From the NCBI GenBank assembly GCA_049523355.1, contig JBEKMY010000005.1:28148-92147 (forward strand): a stretch of DNA of 64,000 nucleotides. The letters are read 5' to 3'. The notes under the pieces were generated by a model, which saw only the letters and a list, made by a program, of their open reading frames with translations, had not been told where the DNA came from and searched no databases. Below are positions 54,182 to 62,429 of this stretch, piece by piece. Origin of the DNA: Smithella sp. GTDB lineage: Bacteria; Desulfobacterota; Syntrophia; Syntrophales; Smithellaceae. A program made the translations under genes and the position numbers. The number at the start of each line of letters is the position of its first letter. Position 1 is the first letter of the stretch.

Positions 54182-54955
54182 TCATCGTCCAATCACATAC
54201 CGGTGCGGATCAACTTCCTCTCTGAGGATTTTCAGTTCGATTTCAGTCGGTGGCGCTGTTTCCGTTATCTTAGGCGCTTTGAGTAACTCAAATCCGCAGT
54301 TGTCCTGAACATCCTTCAGTGAATAGCCGGGATTGATGGAGATAATGCGCATCCGCTTGCTTTCCGGCTCGAAGTCCATCACAGCCATGTTAGTAAAAAC
54401 CTTGTAAGGCCCGGTTCCCGGGGGAAGTCCCGCCTCGTTCCGGCTGTTGCCGCCCTGAAGCCATCCCGGCGTGGTGATGAACTCGCACTTTTCCACAAAG
54501 CGTCTGGCATCCTGGACGGTCAAAACCATCATCTTCCAGCAGAAACTGCCGAAATCATTTGCTCCGCCGCTGCCGGGAAAACGAACCTTGGGCTTAGCGT
54601 GGGTTCCTCCAATATACGTAGAATTCAGGTTGCCATACATGTCGATCTGGGCGCCGCCCAGAAAGGTGTAATCGACATATCCCCTTTGACAGGTATCCAT
54701 AATGGCACCCATGGTAGAAACCATGACCGCCTTGTGACCCGCTCGTGAATCGCCTACGGAAATAGGCATCTCAGGCAGTTGCGGACTGATACTTCCGGCT
54801 TCAAACAGAATTGATAAGCTCGGCGAGTTCAGCTTCTGCGCCAGCATGGCCGCGGCACAGGGGGCGCCGGTACCCACGGCCAGCGTTGAGCCGTCCTCCA
54901 GTTCCCTTGCAGCGACACAGATCATCAGTTCCATGGCATTATATTGCAGTGTCAT
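54182..54955 (-). CDS. CoA-transferase family I, beta subunit (glutaconate/3-oxoacid CoA-transferase B-like)
   Basis: 257 aa. The N-terminal part is ELMICVAARELEDGSTLAVGTG.P, followed by ...SILFEAGSI. It overlaps the stop of the alpha subunit by 1 nt. Confidence 0.75.
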   Translation of the reverse strand: MTLQYNAMELMICVAARELEDGSTLAVGTGAPCAAAMLAQKLNSPSLSILFEAGSISPQLPEMPISVGDSRAGHKAVMVSTMGAIMDTCQRGYVDYTFLGGAQIDMYGNLNSTYIGGTHAKPKVRFPGSGGANDFGSFCWKMMVLTVQDARRFVEKCEFITTPGWLQGGNSRNEAGLPPGTGPYKVFTNMAVMDFEPESKRMRIISINPGYSLKDVQDNCGFELLKAPKITETAPPTEIELKILREEVDPHRYVIGR

Positions 54956-55953
54956 TAGTCAGCCTCCTTGTGCAGCAGGTGTTCAATCGTTCTGAGTTTG
55001 AGCATTTTTTCCATGCCGCCATTCTTGTTGATATACTCGTGATGATTTTTGCAGCTATAAATGTTTTTTTGTAAGAATTCCTTGAAGGCCACAGGGTCTT
55101 CCTCGACCTTCAACCACTCCTGTAAATGTTCTTCGTCGGAAAAGTACTCATAAACCATGTTGCCCGGATAGTTTCCAAAAGGCACTTCACAGACTGCATC
55201 GACAAGGAAATAGGGTATCGTCGTTTCCGTGGGACTTCTGCGTATCTCTTCGTTGGTAATCAGGCGTTCGCAGGTGATGATCAGCCGCTTGGAGGCCCGG
55301 GCCAGATCGTCGTCCGACTTCATGATGCCTCGGATCCGGGCATTCCCATAAACATCCGACTCGTGAACGTGGATGATGGCCACATCCGGGTAAAGTGCCG
55401 GTTGAAGGGCAAGTCTCTTGCCGGTATAGGGGCACTCAATGATCTTGCTGGCGCTGTATTCAAAGGTATCTGTGCCTAAAAGATTGCGCGTGGGTATGAA
55501 GGGAACGCCCATGGCGGCTGCTCGAAGCCTCGCCGAAAGGCTGTAATTCGTCCACTCGGTCACTCTAACCTTGCCGGTCTGCATGTATTTTCTGGCGCAG
55601 GGTGACAGCCCCCGTGCCTCCAGACCGACAATATAACCTGCATCCACTCGGTCAAACACTTCTCCCGCGCTCAGAATCTCGAAATCATGGGTGGTCGTAT
55701 GCCCTGCAAATCCCATGTGTTTGCGACCCTGTCTGAGAATCTCATGACAGGCGGCAATCGGGGCTCGATTTCCACCAAACCCTCCCAGCCCCAGATAGTC
55801 ACCGTCATGGACGAAGGTCTCGATGGCCTTTGTAAGCGGCATGACTTTGTTTATCATCTTCCTGGGTTTTCGCCGGAATATCTCTCTGGCATGATCCGGG
55901 TCAGGATCGGTAAACAACTCTCCGTTGCCTTCCTTAATAACGTTCATAGCCAT
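54955..55953 (-). CDS. CoA-transferase family I, alpha subunit (GctA-like)
   Basis: ...KVMPLTKAIETFVHDGDYLGLGGFGGNRAPIAACHEILRQGRK... is typical of GctA/AtoD-type subunits. The start is placed at MAMNVIK, after GAGGAG; the ORF track extends to 55989. Confidence 0.75.
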   Translation of the reverse strand: MAMNVIKEGNGELFTDPDPDHAREIFRRKPRKMINKVMPLTKAIETFVHDGDYLGLGGFGGNRAPIAACHEILRQGRKHMGFAGHTTTHDFEILSAGEVFDRVDAGYIVGLEARGLSPCARKYMQTGKVRVTEWTNYSLSARLRAAAMGVPFIPTRNLLGTDTFEYSASKIIECPYTGKRLALQPALYPDVAIIHVHESDVYGNARIRGIMKSDDDLARASKRLIITCERLITNEEIRRSPTETTIPYFLVDAVCEVPFGNYPGNMVYEYFSDEEHLQEWLKVEEDPVAFKEFLQKNIYSCKNHHEYINKNGGMEKMLKLRTIEHLLHKEAD

Positions 55954-56039
55954 GGGCTCCTCTTCATTAATCATCACTTGTGCTTTCATTGCTAGTTCTT
56001 CTTCCTTAAGTATTGTCTTATATTTTCCTGTATAAAGTT

Positions 56040-56879
56040 CTATAGCGTGAGCAGATCGATTCCGCCGGTAACCGGGATCACTGCTCCGGTAATGTATGAA
56101 GCCGCATCGGAGACCAGGAAAGCCACCACCTGGGCCACTTCTTCCGGACGGCCCAGGCGCTTGAGGGCAGTCCGTTTCGCAATGCGCTCAGTCATCCGTT
56201 CATCGTACAGTTTTACTGCTTCGGTGGCGATGAAACCCGGGCAGACTGTGTTGACTGTGATACCGTACCGGCCGGCCTCAATGGCCAGTGATTTGCTCAA
56301 CCCGATCAGCCCGGCTTTGGTCGCACCGTAGGATGGCTGCAGAGAAGCCCCCATAAGTGCCGCTACCGAGGAGATATTGATGATCCGGCCCCAGCCTTTA
56401 TGCACCATGCTTGACCACACTGCCTTGCTGCAGTTGTAAGCGCCAGTGAGATTCACCTTCAGATCGCGTTCCCAACGCTCAAGCTTCTGCTCGTCAAATT
56501 TTCCCAGGTTGTCCATCACTGCAGCATTATTTACGAGTATATCAATAGGCCCAAGTTGGACTTCTATCGCTTGGACTACCCTTTTGATCTCTTCGTGGAC
56601 AGTCACATCGAGCTTCATGGCGACGCTTTTTGACCCCATTGCCTGAATCTCCTGAACTGTTTGCAATGTTTTGACTTCACCGGACTGTGAAAAATGTCCG
56701 GCCAGTATGCTGTATTCACTCAACGCCTTGGCATCATATTCGGCGTCCTCAATCAAAAGATCCGTTACCGCAACAGCCGCACCAGCCTGCCCCAGCGCCA
56801 GAGCAATGGCTCTTCCCAAGCCGCGGGAAGCACCTGTCACCAGGGCTACCTTCCCTTCAAGATTCATCAATATCGGCAT
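56040..56879 (-). CDS. Short-chain dehydrogenase/reductase (SDR 1 of 3 in tandem)
   Basis: Motifs are VTGASRGLGRAIA, NNAA and YGATK. The start is set at MPILMNLEGK to avoid overlap with the upstream SDR. Confidence 0.85.
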   Translation of the reverse strand: MPILMNLEGKVALVTGASRGLGRAIALALGQAGAAVAVTDLLIEDAEYDAKALSEYSILAGHFSQSGEVKTLQTVQEIQAMGSKSVAMKLDVTVHEEIKRVVQAIEVQLGPIDILVNNAAVMDNLGKFDEQKLERWERDLKVNLTGAYNCSKAVWSSMVHKGWGRIINISSVAALMGASLQPSYGATKAGLIGLSKSLAIEAGRYGITVNTVCPGFIATEAVKLYDERMTERIAKRTALKRLGRPEEVAQVVAFLVSDAASYITGAVIPVTGGIDLLTL

Positions 56880-56890
56880 ATCATTTTCTC

Positions 56891-57688
56891 TCAGTGGAAT
56901 ACTGCCCCTCCGCATACATTTATGGCCTGACCGGTGATGCCCTTAGCATCATCGGAGGCCAGGAACACTGCCATAACGGCGATCTCCTGCACTTCAAGGA
57001 ACCGGTTCTGAAGACACTTGGCCTTCCCCATTGCAATCACCTGTTCCCTGGTCATATGGTACTGATCGGCTATCTGCTCTATTGCGCCTCCCGACCCCAG
57101 CACCAGATCGGTGGCCACGATGCCCGGGCAGATGGCATTGACGGTTATCTGCGGGTATCCGGCCATAGCTGCCTCGTGGGCCACGGTTCTGGTCATGCCC
57201 ACCAGCGCATGCTTGGCCGCGGTGTAGGAGCTGTTCTGAATGCTCGCCTGCTTGGCCTGAATGGATGCCATGGTAATGATCCTTCCCCATCCCTGCTCCA
57301 TAATCTTGGGGAGAAAGGCCTTGGTGCAGTTGTAGTTGCCGAAGAGATGCACCTCGATGGTCCTTCGCCAGTCGCCATCATCGGCCTCCCAGATGTTGGC
57401 GCGGTGGCCCTCGACGCCGGCATTGTTCACGAGGATATGGATTTTTCCGAATGCGTCCATGGTTTTCTCAACACCCTTGTTCACATCCGCAGGATTGGTT
57501 ACATCCATAACCGTTGTGATCGCCTTGCCTCCGTGCTTGATAATTTCATCGGCAATAGTTTTAGCGGACCCGGCATCGATATCGGCAACAACTACATCCG
57601 CGCCCTCTTCCGCAAAGGCCAGACAAATGGCGCGTCCTATGCCATTTCCACCACCAGTAACAACCGCAACCTTATCTTTCAATCGCAT
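56891..57688 (-). CDS. Short-chain dehydrogenase/reductase (SDR 2 of 3)
   Basis: Motifs are VTGGGNGIGRAIC, NNAG and YTAAK. The ATG at 57688 lies 7 nt after AGAGGTG. Confidence 0.85.
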   Translation of the reverse strand: MRLKDKVAVVTGGGNGIGRAICLAFAEEGADVVVADIDAGSAKTIADEIIKHGGKAITTVMDVTNPADVNKGVEKTMDAFGKIHILVNNAGVEGHRANIWEADDGDWRRTIEVHLFGNYNCTKAFLPKIMEQGWGRIITMASIQAKQASIQNSSYTAAKHALVGMTRTVAHEAAMAGYPQITVNAICPGIVATDLVLGSGGAIEQIADQYHMTREQVIAMGKAKCLQNRFLEVQEIAVMAVFLASDDAKGITGQAINVCGGAVFH

Positions 57689-57879
57689 GTTCAAACACCT
57701 CTATGTTTTTCATCAAACATCCGTTTCTATGTATACGCCTGCCATGTTTTTACATTCTTTTCGAAGAACTCAAGTTCATGACCAGGGAAATATTGAGCAT
57801 TTTCTTCACTTTACTTTTTTCACGCATTTTCATTGGACCTCCCTTTTTGTGAAACAGATCCATTTTAAATGTCCTTTGA

Positions 57880-58677
57880 TTAATAAAATGCAGTGCCTCC
57901 GCATACATTGATGGCCTGACCCGTTATGCCCCTGGCCGCGTCGGAAGCAAGATAAACAACCATATCTGCGATTTCGTCCGGTTCAATAAGTCGTTTTAAC
58001 AAAGATACCTGGGGAAGTTGTTTAGTAAGAACGATTTCTCTTGTCGTGCCTGTAATCCTGGCAACTTCATCCAGAAGCCCGCCTTTCTCGGTCACCATCT
58101 CAGTATTGCCCACGCCCGGACAAATTGCGTTGACGGTGATTTCAGTTAGACCCAGAAGGCTAAGCTCCATAGCCAGTGTTCTGGTTATACCGACAATGCC
58201 GTGCTTGGAGGCGCAATAAGCAGAACTTGTCGGGCTGCCGTTTTTACCGGAAACTGAAGATAAATTTATGACGCGCCCTTTGCCGTTTTTAATGATTAAA
58301 GGCAATACCGCTTTGGTCATATTATATGTTCCAATTAAATTGACCTCGATGGTTTTTCGCCAGTCGTTATCATCCGCCTCCCAAAGAAAAGACCGTTTTG
58401 GTAAAATACCGGCGTTATTCACCAGGATATCGATGCGTCCGAAAACTTCTATGGCTGTGTTGACCATATTTTTTATCTGTTCGGGAGAAGTAATATCTGC
58501 AATGAGTCCAATTGCCTTTTGACCCATTTGTTTAATTTCAGATGCTGTGCCTTCAATATCCTTCCCCATATCAACGGCAACAATCGTTGCGCCTTCCCTG
58601 GCAAGCGCCAACGCAATCGCCTTGCCGAAGCCTCTCTGCGCACCCGTAATCACCGCTACCTTATCTTTTAGTTTCAT
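57880..58677 (-). CDS. Short-chain dehydrogenase/reductase (SDR 3 of 3)
   Basis: Motifs are ITGAQRGFGKAIA, NNAG and YCASK. It is a close paralogue of SDR 2. Confidence 0.85.
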   Translation of the reverse strand: MKLKDKVAVITGAQRGFGKAIALALAREGATIVAVDMGKDIEGTASEIKQMGQKAIGLIADITSPEQIKNMVNTAIEVFGRIDILVNNAGILPKRSFLWEADDNDWRKTIEVNLIGTYNMTKAVLPLIIKNGKGRVINLSSVSGKNGSPTSSAYCASKHGIVGITRTLAMELSLLGLTEITVNAICPGVGNTEMVTEKGGLLDEVARITGTTREIVLTKQLPQVSLLKRLIEPDEIADMVVYLASDAARGITGQAINVCGGTAFY

Positions 58678-58738
58678 GAATTATTGTCCTCCTGATGTCC
58701 TTATCTTTTAGTTTCATAAATTATTGTCTCTTTATGTC
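58659..58738. repeat. Tandem ~40-bp duplication covering the start codon, first 7 codons and RBS region of SDR 3
   Basis: CCTTATCTTTTAGTTTCATgAATTATTGTC... (58659-58698) is repeated as CCTTATCTTTTAGTTTCATaAATTATTGTC... (58699-58738). The upstream copy opens an 18-codon ORF, MKLKDKDIRRTIIHETKR*. Confidence 0.85.
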
Positions 58739-58821
58739 CTTCTATTTTTTATCATCTCATAGGGTCCATAATCGTTCCACCTGCATATTCATCGCCGAAT
58801 TCTTCATCCACATTTGTTGCG

Positions 58822-59658
58822 TCACTCATAGTATACTGGCGCAAGTTCATATTTTCCTGGAAGACTGTGGTCGTGGAAGCTGACTATTTCAAGGTCGGGT
58901 TCGGCTTTGGCCAGATTGTGAAGCGTTTTAAGTGTTTCGAAGGCCAGGGGTTTTTCGTGGACGAGTTTTTGCATTAACCATGACTTGGGTGCCGGACCTT
59001 CCAGGTTTTCCGGGAAATAGACGGAGTCGCCGGGAAATAGGAACCTTCTTCCTGATGGCAGGTTGACAAATACTCCCGTTAACCCGTTAGAGTGACCCGG
59101 GAGATCAACTAAAATAAAACTGCCATCTCCAAACAAATCCAGCGAAGCGGGAAACCCGAGATATGATTTACCTGGAACCGTCAAAAATAAATCGATATCC
59201 AGTTTGGGGTTAACATCATACTGTTCACGAACGTAGGCATGCTTATGCGAATCCGCTGCAGTTGCCGCTTCCCACTCTTTCTTGTTTACAAAGTATTTGG
59301 CATTAGGGAAGTCGCGCATGCCGCCAGCGTGATCAAAGTGAAGATGAGACAAGATGCCGTATTTGACCGCTGCAGGGTCTAAACCCTTGGCCTGCAGCTG
59401 ATATATTAAGGGATCACGGCCCGCATCGAAAACCGTTTTCATGACACTACGGTTGAACCATGCACTGGCCTTATATTTGGGGCCCTTTAACTCTTGCTCA
59501 ATCCTGGTACCCATGCCAGTATCCAATAGAATTAAATCTCCGTTATGCTCAATTACAGCATTAAGAATGGGAAATCGAACACGTTTCCAAGACTGTCCTT
59601 TGACAAAAAGCCCCTTAGGGATCGATGAAAAAGCGGTTGCGAAGAAGTACACTTTCAT
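58822..59658 (-). CDS. Metallo-beta-lactamase-fold hydrolase (lactonase/ring-hydrolase-like)
   Basis: The HxHxDH motif is SHLHFDHAGG, with a later PGHSNG. Length is 278 aa. Confidence 0.8.
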   Translation of the reverse strand: MKVYFFATAFSSIPKGLFVKGQSWKRVRFPILNAVIEHNGDLILLDTGMGTRIEQELKGPKYKASAWFNRSVMKTVFDAGRDPLIYQLQAKGLDPAAVKYGILSHLHFDHAGGMRDFPNAKYFVNKKEWEAATAADSHKHAYVREQYDVNPKLDIDLFLTVPGKSYLGFPASLDLFGDGSFILVDLPGHSNGLTGVFVNLPSGRRFLFPGDSVYFPENLEGPAPKSWLMQKLVHEKPLAFETLKTLHNLAKAEPDLEIVSFHDHSLPGKYELAPVYYE

Positions 59659-59682
59659 AATAGTTAACCCCCTTAAAATTTA

Positions 59683-59838
59683 GTGATTTAGCGACATTAA
59701 CGATAAGCCTAAGGAAATTTTAAGGCAAATCAAATGCGTTACCATAGTTGCGCCTTCCCTGGAAAGCGCCAACGCACTCGTCTTCCCAAACCATCTCTGA
59801 GCACCCGTAACCACCGCTACCTTATCTTTTAGTTTCAT
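59683..59838 (-). pseudogene. Remnant of an SDR 5' end: a duplicate of the SDR 3 start region
   Basis: 59741-59880 aligns with 58588-58698 plus 58737-58758. The hand-translated MKLKDKVAVVTGAQRWFGKTSALALSREGATMV... then diverges and stops after 52 codons. The Gly-rich motif is degraded (GAQRWFGK). Confidence 0.65.
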
Positions 59839-60046
59839 AAATTATTGCCATCCTGATGTCCTCCTCTTTTTTATCATCTCCTCTTTGGCGTCTCCCCCCT
59901 ATGTTCAGGGGGAGACGTGAGACTATGGAGAGAGATTTGAGAAGGGATCTACATGGAAAGAATGTTCTCCAAAGTATGGTTTCATAACTTGTAACGACCA
60001 ACCGCCCTCAGCACAGATATATAGGCACACTCATCATTTCGAACGC

Positions 60047-61411
60047 TTACCTAGGCGTACGTCCCTGCAAAGGCCGCCAGTTCTTTTCCATTATTCCCAG
60101 TTCTTTTTTCCACCACGGCCGATCAAGCGCCGGCATGGGCGCACGGATCATACCTTCAGGGATGAGGGACTCATCTTTCCTCCATGGCCCTATTTTTAAT
60201 TCGTCCATGGCATATTCACGGCCGAGATTAGGGTTATTGGGGCAGGCCGGGATTAGACCGGAAAGGCAGCGCATTGTACAGGTATTGCAACGTGTGCACC
60301 GCACAATATCTTTGGGCTTGCCCGCGGCTATCTTATTGACATATTCCGGGTCGCAGAGAATCTGCCTGCCAAGGGCCTGAATATCGTACTTTCCTTCAGC
60401 GATGTTCTGCTCAATCTTGACGGGATCATGCTGAGAAGCAACGATAACCGGGATCTTCAATGCTTTTTTAAAGGCCGCTCCATGTTCGGGGATATGCTTT
60501 GAGCGGTCCATATCCGTGACGAGGTGTCCGCCTTCTTCGTATCCGCCGCCATCCGACAGGCTAATGGCATCAATACCCAATGCCTCCAGATCCTTGGCCA
60601 CATCGATCATCTCTTCTTCGGTGAGGCCGCCCTGCATATGTTCTTCCGCGCTGATCCGGCAGGTAACAGCTATACCCGGGCATGCATAGCGGATCTGCTC
60701 GGCGACCTCCATGAGGAAACGCTTGCGGTTGCGCCATTCTCCGCCGTACATATCTGTGCGCTTATTACTAAACGGGGAGAGGAATTGATGCTCGAGATAA
60801 CCATGCGGGGCATGGATCTCGATGGCATCGAAACCAGCACAAACTGCCAATTGGCAGCTATTGGCAAATTCTTTCTGCTCTGCATGGATCTGATCGATGC
60901 TCATCTCATAAGTCTGCTGTCCGACGAGCCAGTGTCTCGGATGTTCAGCCATGCGAAAGCCATCATCGATGCCTTTGGGCATCTTGTCTAATGTTCCCTC
61001 ATAGGGCAGACCGGCAGTTGGCGCCGGGGCCAGCTTGTGATGATCACGGGAATGTCCCTGCCGGCCAAAACCGATGGTCATTTGGGCAGCGACCTTGGCC
61101 CCAAAATAATGTATCCTATCGACTAGCATTGCCAGACCTTGCATATGCCCCTGATGGAATAGATACGGGTTTCTGGGCCATATGAATTCCGAGGCAAGTC
61201 GGGTGCCCATGATTGCACCCGTGTGGATCAAGCCTGTCCCGCCCTTGGCGCGGGCAGCGAAATACGCAATCATCTGTTCAGTGCACTCACCCTCCACCCC
61301 TGACATGGTCTCGTTCATCGGCGCCATGGTGATCCGGTTCTTCAACTCCACCGGGCCTATTTTAATTGGCTTGAAAATATTTTCGAACTGCTTCTTTCCT
61401 TCTGATGACAT
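60047..61411 (-). CDS. Old-yellow-enzyme-family flavin oxidoreductase with a FadH-type [4Fe-4S] Cys motif, lacking the C-terminal FAD/NAD(P)H domain (OYE 1)
   Basis: RITMAPMN marks the TIM-barrel FMN fold (HAPHGYLEHQFLSP). The Cys motif is CTRCNTCTMRC....ACPNNP. Length is ~454 aa. The start is set at MSSEGKK, after GGGGGG; the ORF track extends to 61459. Confidence 0.8.
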   Translation of the reverse strand: MSSEGKKQFENIFKPIKIGPVELKNRITMAPMNETMSGVEGECTEQMIAYFAARAKGGTGLIHTGAIMGTRLASEFIWPRNPYLFHQGHMQGLAMLVDRIHYFGAKVAAQMTIGFGRQGHSRDHHKLAPAPTAGLPYEGTLDKMPKGIDDGFRMAEHPRHWLVGQQTYEMSIDQIHAEQKEFANSCQLAVCAGFDAIEIHAPHGYLEHQFLSPFSNKRTDMYGGEWRNRKRFLMEVAEQIRYACPGIAVTCRISAEEHMQGGLTEEEMIDVAKDLEALGIDAISLSDGGGYEEGGHLVTDMDRSKHIPEHGAAFKKALKIPVIVASQHDPVKIEQNIAEGKYDIQALGRQILCDPEYVNKIAAGKPKDIVRCTRCNTCTMRCLSGLIPACPNNPNLGREYAMDELKIGPWRKDESLIPEGMIRAPMPALDRPWWKKELGIMEKNWRPLQGRTPR

Positions 61412-61494
61412 AACAATACCCCCCCTTTTATTTTTTTGGTGCATCATTACTGATCTCAAGCGGACTCACATCCACAGCAAAATATCGAAAACCT
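61382..61494. repeat. Copy 1 of a ~113-bp leader/gene-start repeat: the upstream region plus the first 9 codons of OYE 1
   Basis: It aligns with 63841-63953 at roughly 85-90% identity by eye, including the RBS, ATGTCATCAGAAGG and the upstream block GATCTCAAGCrGACTCACATCC. Confidence 0.85.
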
Positions 61495-62316
61495 TCACGC
61501 GCCGGGATTGAGCCATTTCCCTCCCCGGTATTTTTCCTGTATACTTCTCAGGGCGCCCCCAATCTTGTCGTATTCTATTTTTTTGGCAATGAGCCAGCGC
61601 GCATGACCCTCCTGTCCCTCTTCGCCAAATTCCGGATCAAAATAATAAAAGGCGAGCTTGCCTCCCTCCATTTTTGCTCGCGCGCGGCAGATACCACATT
61701 CCATTTCATTGTCCCTCAGGCGAAACAGGTCGCTACGGCAGCGGGGACAGCGGTCGGAGGCAACCGGTGTAGGTTCGGCGGTTGCCAGGGCGGTCGCCAT
61801 ACGTTCTATTTTTTCGTGAAAATCAGCTGCGACGGCAACCTCGCCTGGAAATGTCCCGATGAAAATTTCCAGATCAACGAGGTGAAGGTGCAGGGACATA
61901 AGTTGTGTGGCAAGCCCCGTGTCCGCATAGCCGCGATATTCTTCGCCGCCCATGGTTAGGGCAACGGCCATGGGTTTTTTGTTATAGAAGTCGCGATATT
62001 TCATTGCCTGTAATGCCCGGTCTGCGAACATTTTTACGATGCCCGCAGGTCCCAGGAAATAATTTGGCGCGGCGCAAATGACCGCGTCCGCTTCGTTGAT
62101 GCGAGCGAGGAGCCATTCAGTGTCGTCGCTGATTCTGCAGTGTCCACCCGGTAAGATGCAGGCAAAGCAACCCTTGCAGGGCTTGAGTGAAATATCAGGA
62201 AGGCGCACCAGCGAGAGTTCCCACCCGATTCCCAGCTTTTCGGCGACCGCTTTAGTGACGATCTCCGCGTTGCCGATCTTGCGCGCGGAAGCAATGATAC
62301 CCAACAGTTTTTTCAT
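61495..62316 (-). CDS. Iron-sulfur flavoprotein (Isf-like, flavodoxin/NADPH-dependent FMN-reductase fold) with a C-terminal zinc-ribbon-like extension
   Basis: The compact Cys motif is CKGCFACILPGGHC (CX2CX2CX6C), as in Isf proteins. The flavodoxin-like core is AAPNYFLGPAG, and the C-terminal motif is CPRCRS...CGIC. Confidence 0.7.
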   Translation of the reverse strand: MKKLLGIIASARKIGNAEIVTKAVAEKLGIGWELSLVRLPDISLKPCKGCFACILPGGHCRISDDTEWLLARINEADAVICAAPNYFLGPAGIVKMFADRALQAMKYRDFYNKKPMAVALTMGGEEYRGYADTGLATQLMSLHLHLVDLEIFIGTFPGEVAVAADFHEKIERMATALATAEPTPVASDRCPRCRSDLFRLRDNEMECGICRARAKMEGGKLAFYYFDPEFGEEGQEGHARWLIAKKIEYDKIGGALRSIQEKYRGGKWLNPGA

Positions 62317-62381
62317 ACAATCCTATTTTATCTAACATTCCCCATATCAAAATCATTAGGCTTAATACCTCTCCATGTATT

Positions 62382-62415
62382 AAAAGACGGGCGCTTCAGC
62401 AGCAGCCCGTCTTTT
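62382..62415 (-). terminator. Intrinsic terminator candidate after OYE 2
   Basis: AAAAGACGGGC-12 nt-GCCCGTCTTTT has an 11-bp stem. On the minus strand it is followed by TTTTAAT. Confidence 0.5.
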
Positions 62416-62429
62416 GGGGCTTTTGGAGG

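Noticed and set aside
56687-57781. A 364-aa plus-strand ORF (plus 56694..56930 and 57336..57911) spanning the SDR 1/SDR 2 region
   Set aside because: It lies antisense to two SDR genes with clear Rossmann and catalytic motifs. Its translation is a Pro/Gly/His/Leu-rich shadow of the opposite strand, with no recognisable domain and no RBS.
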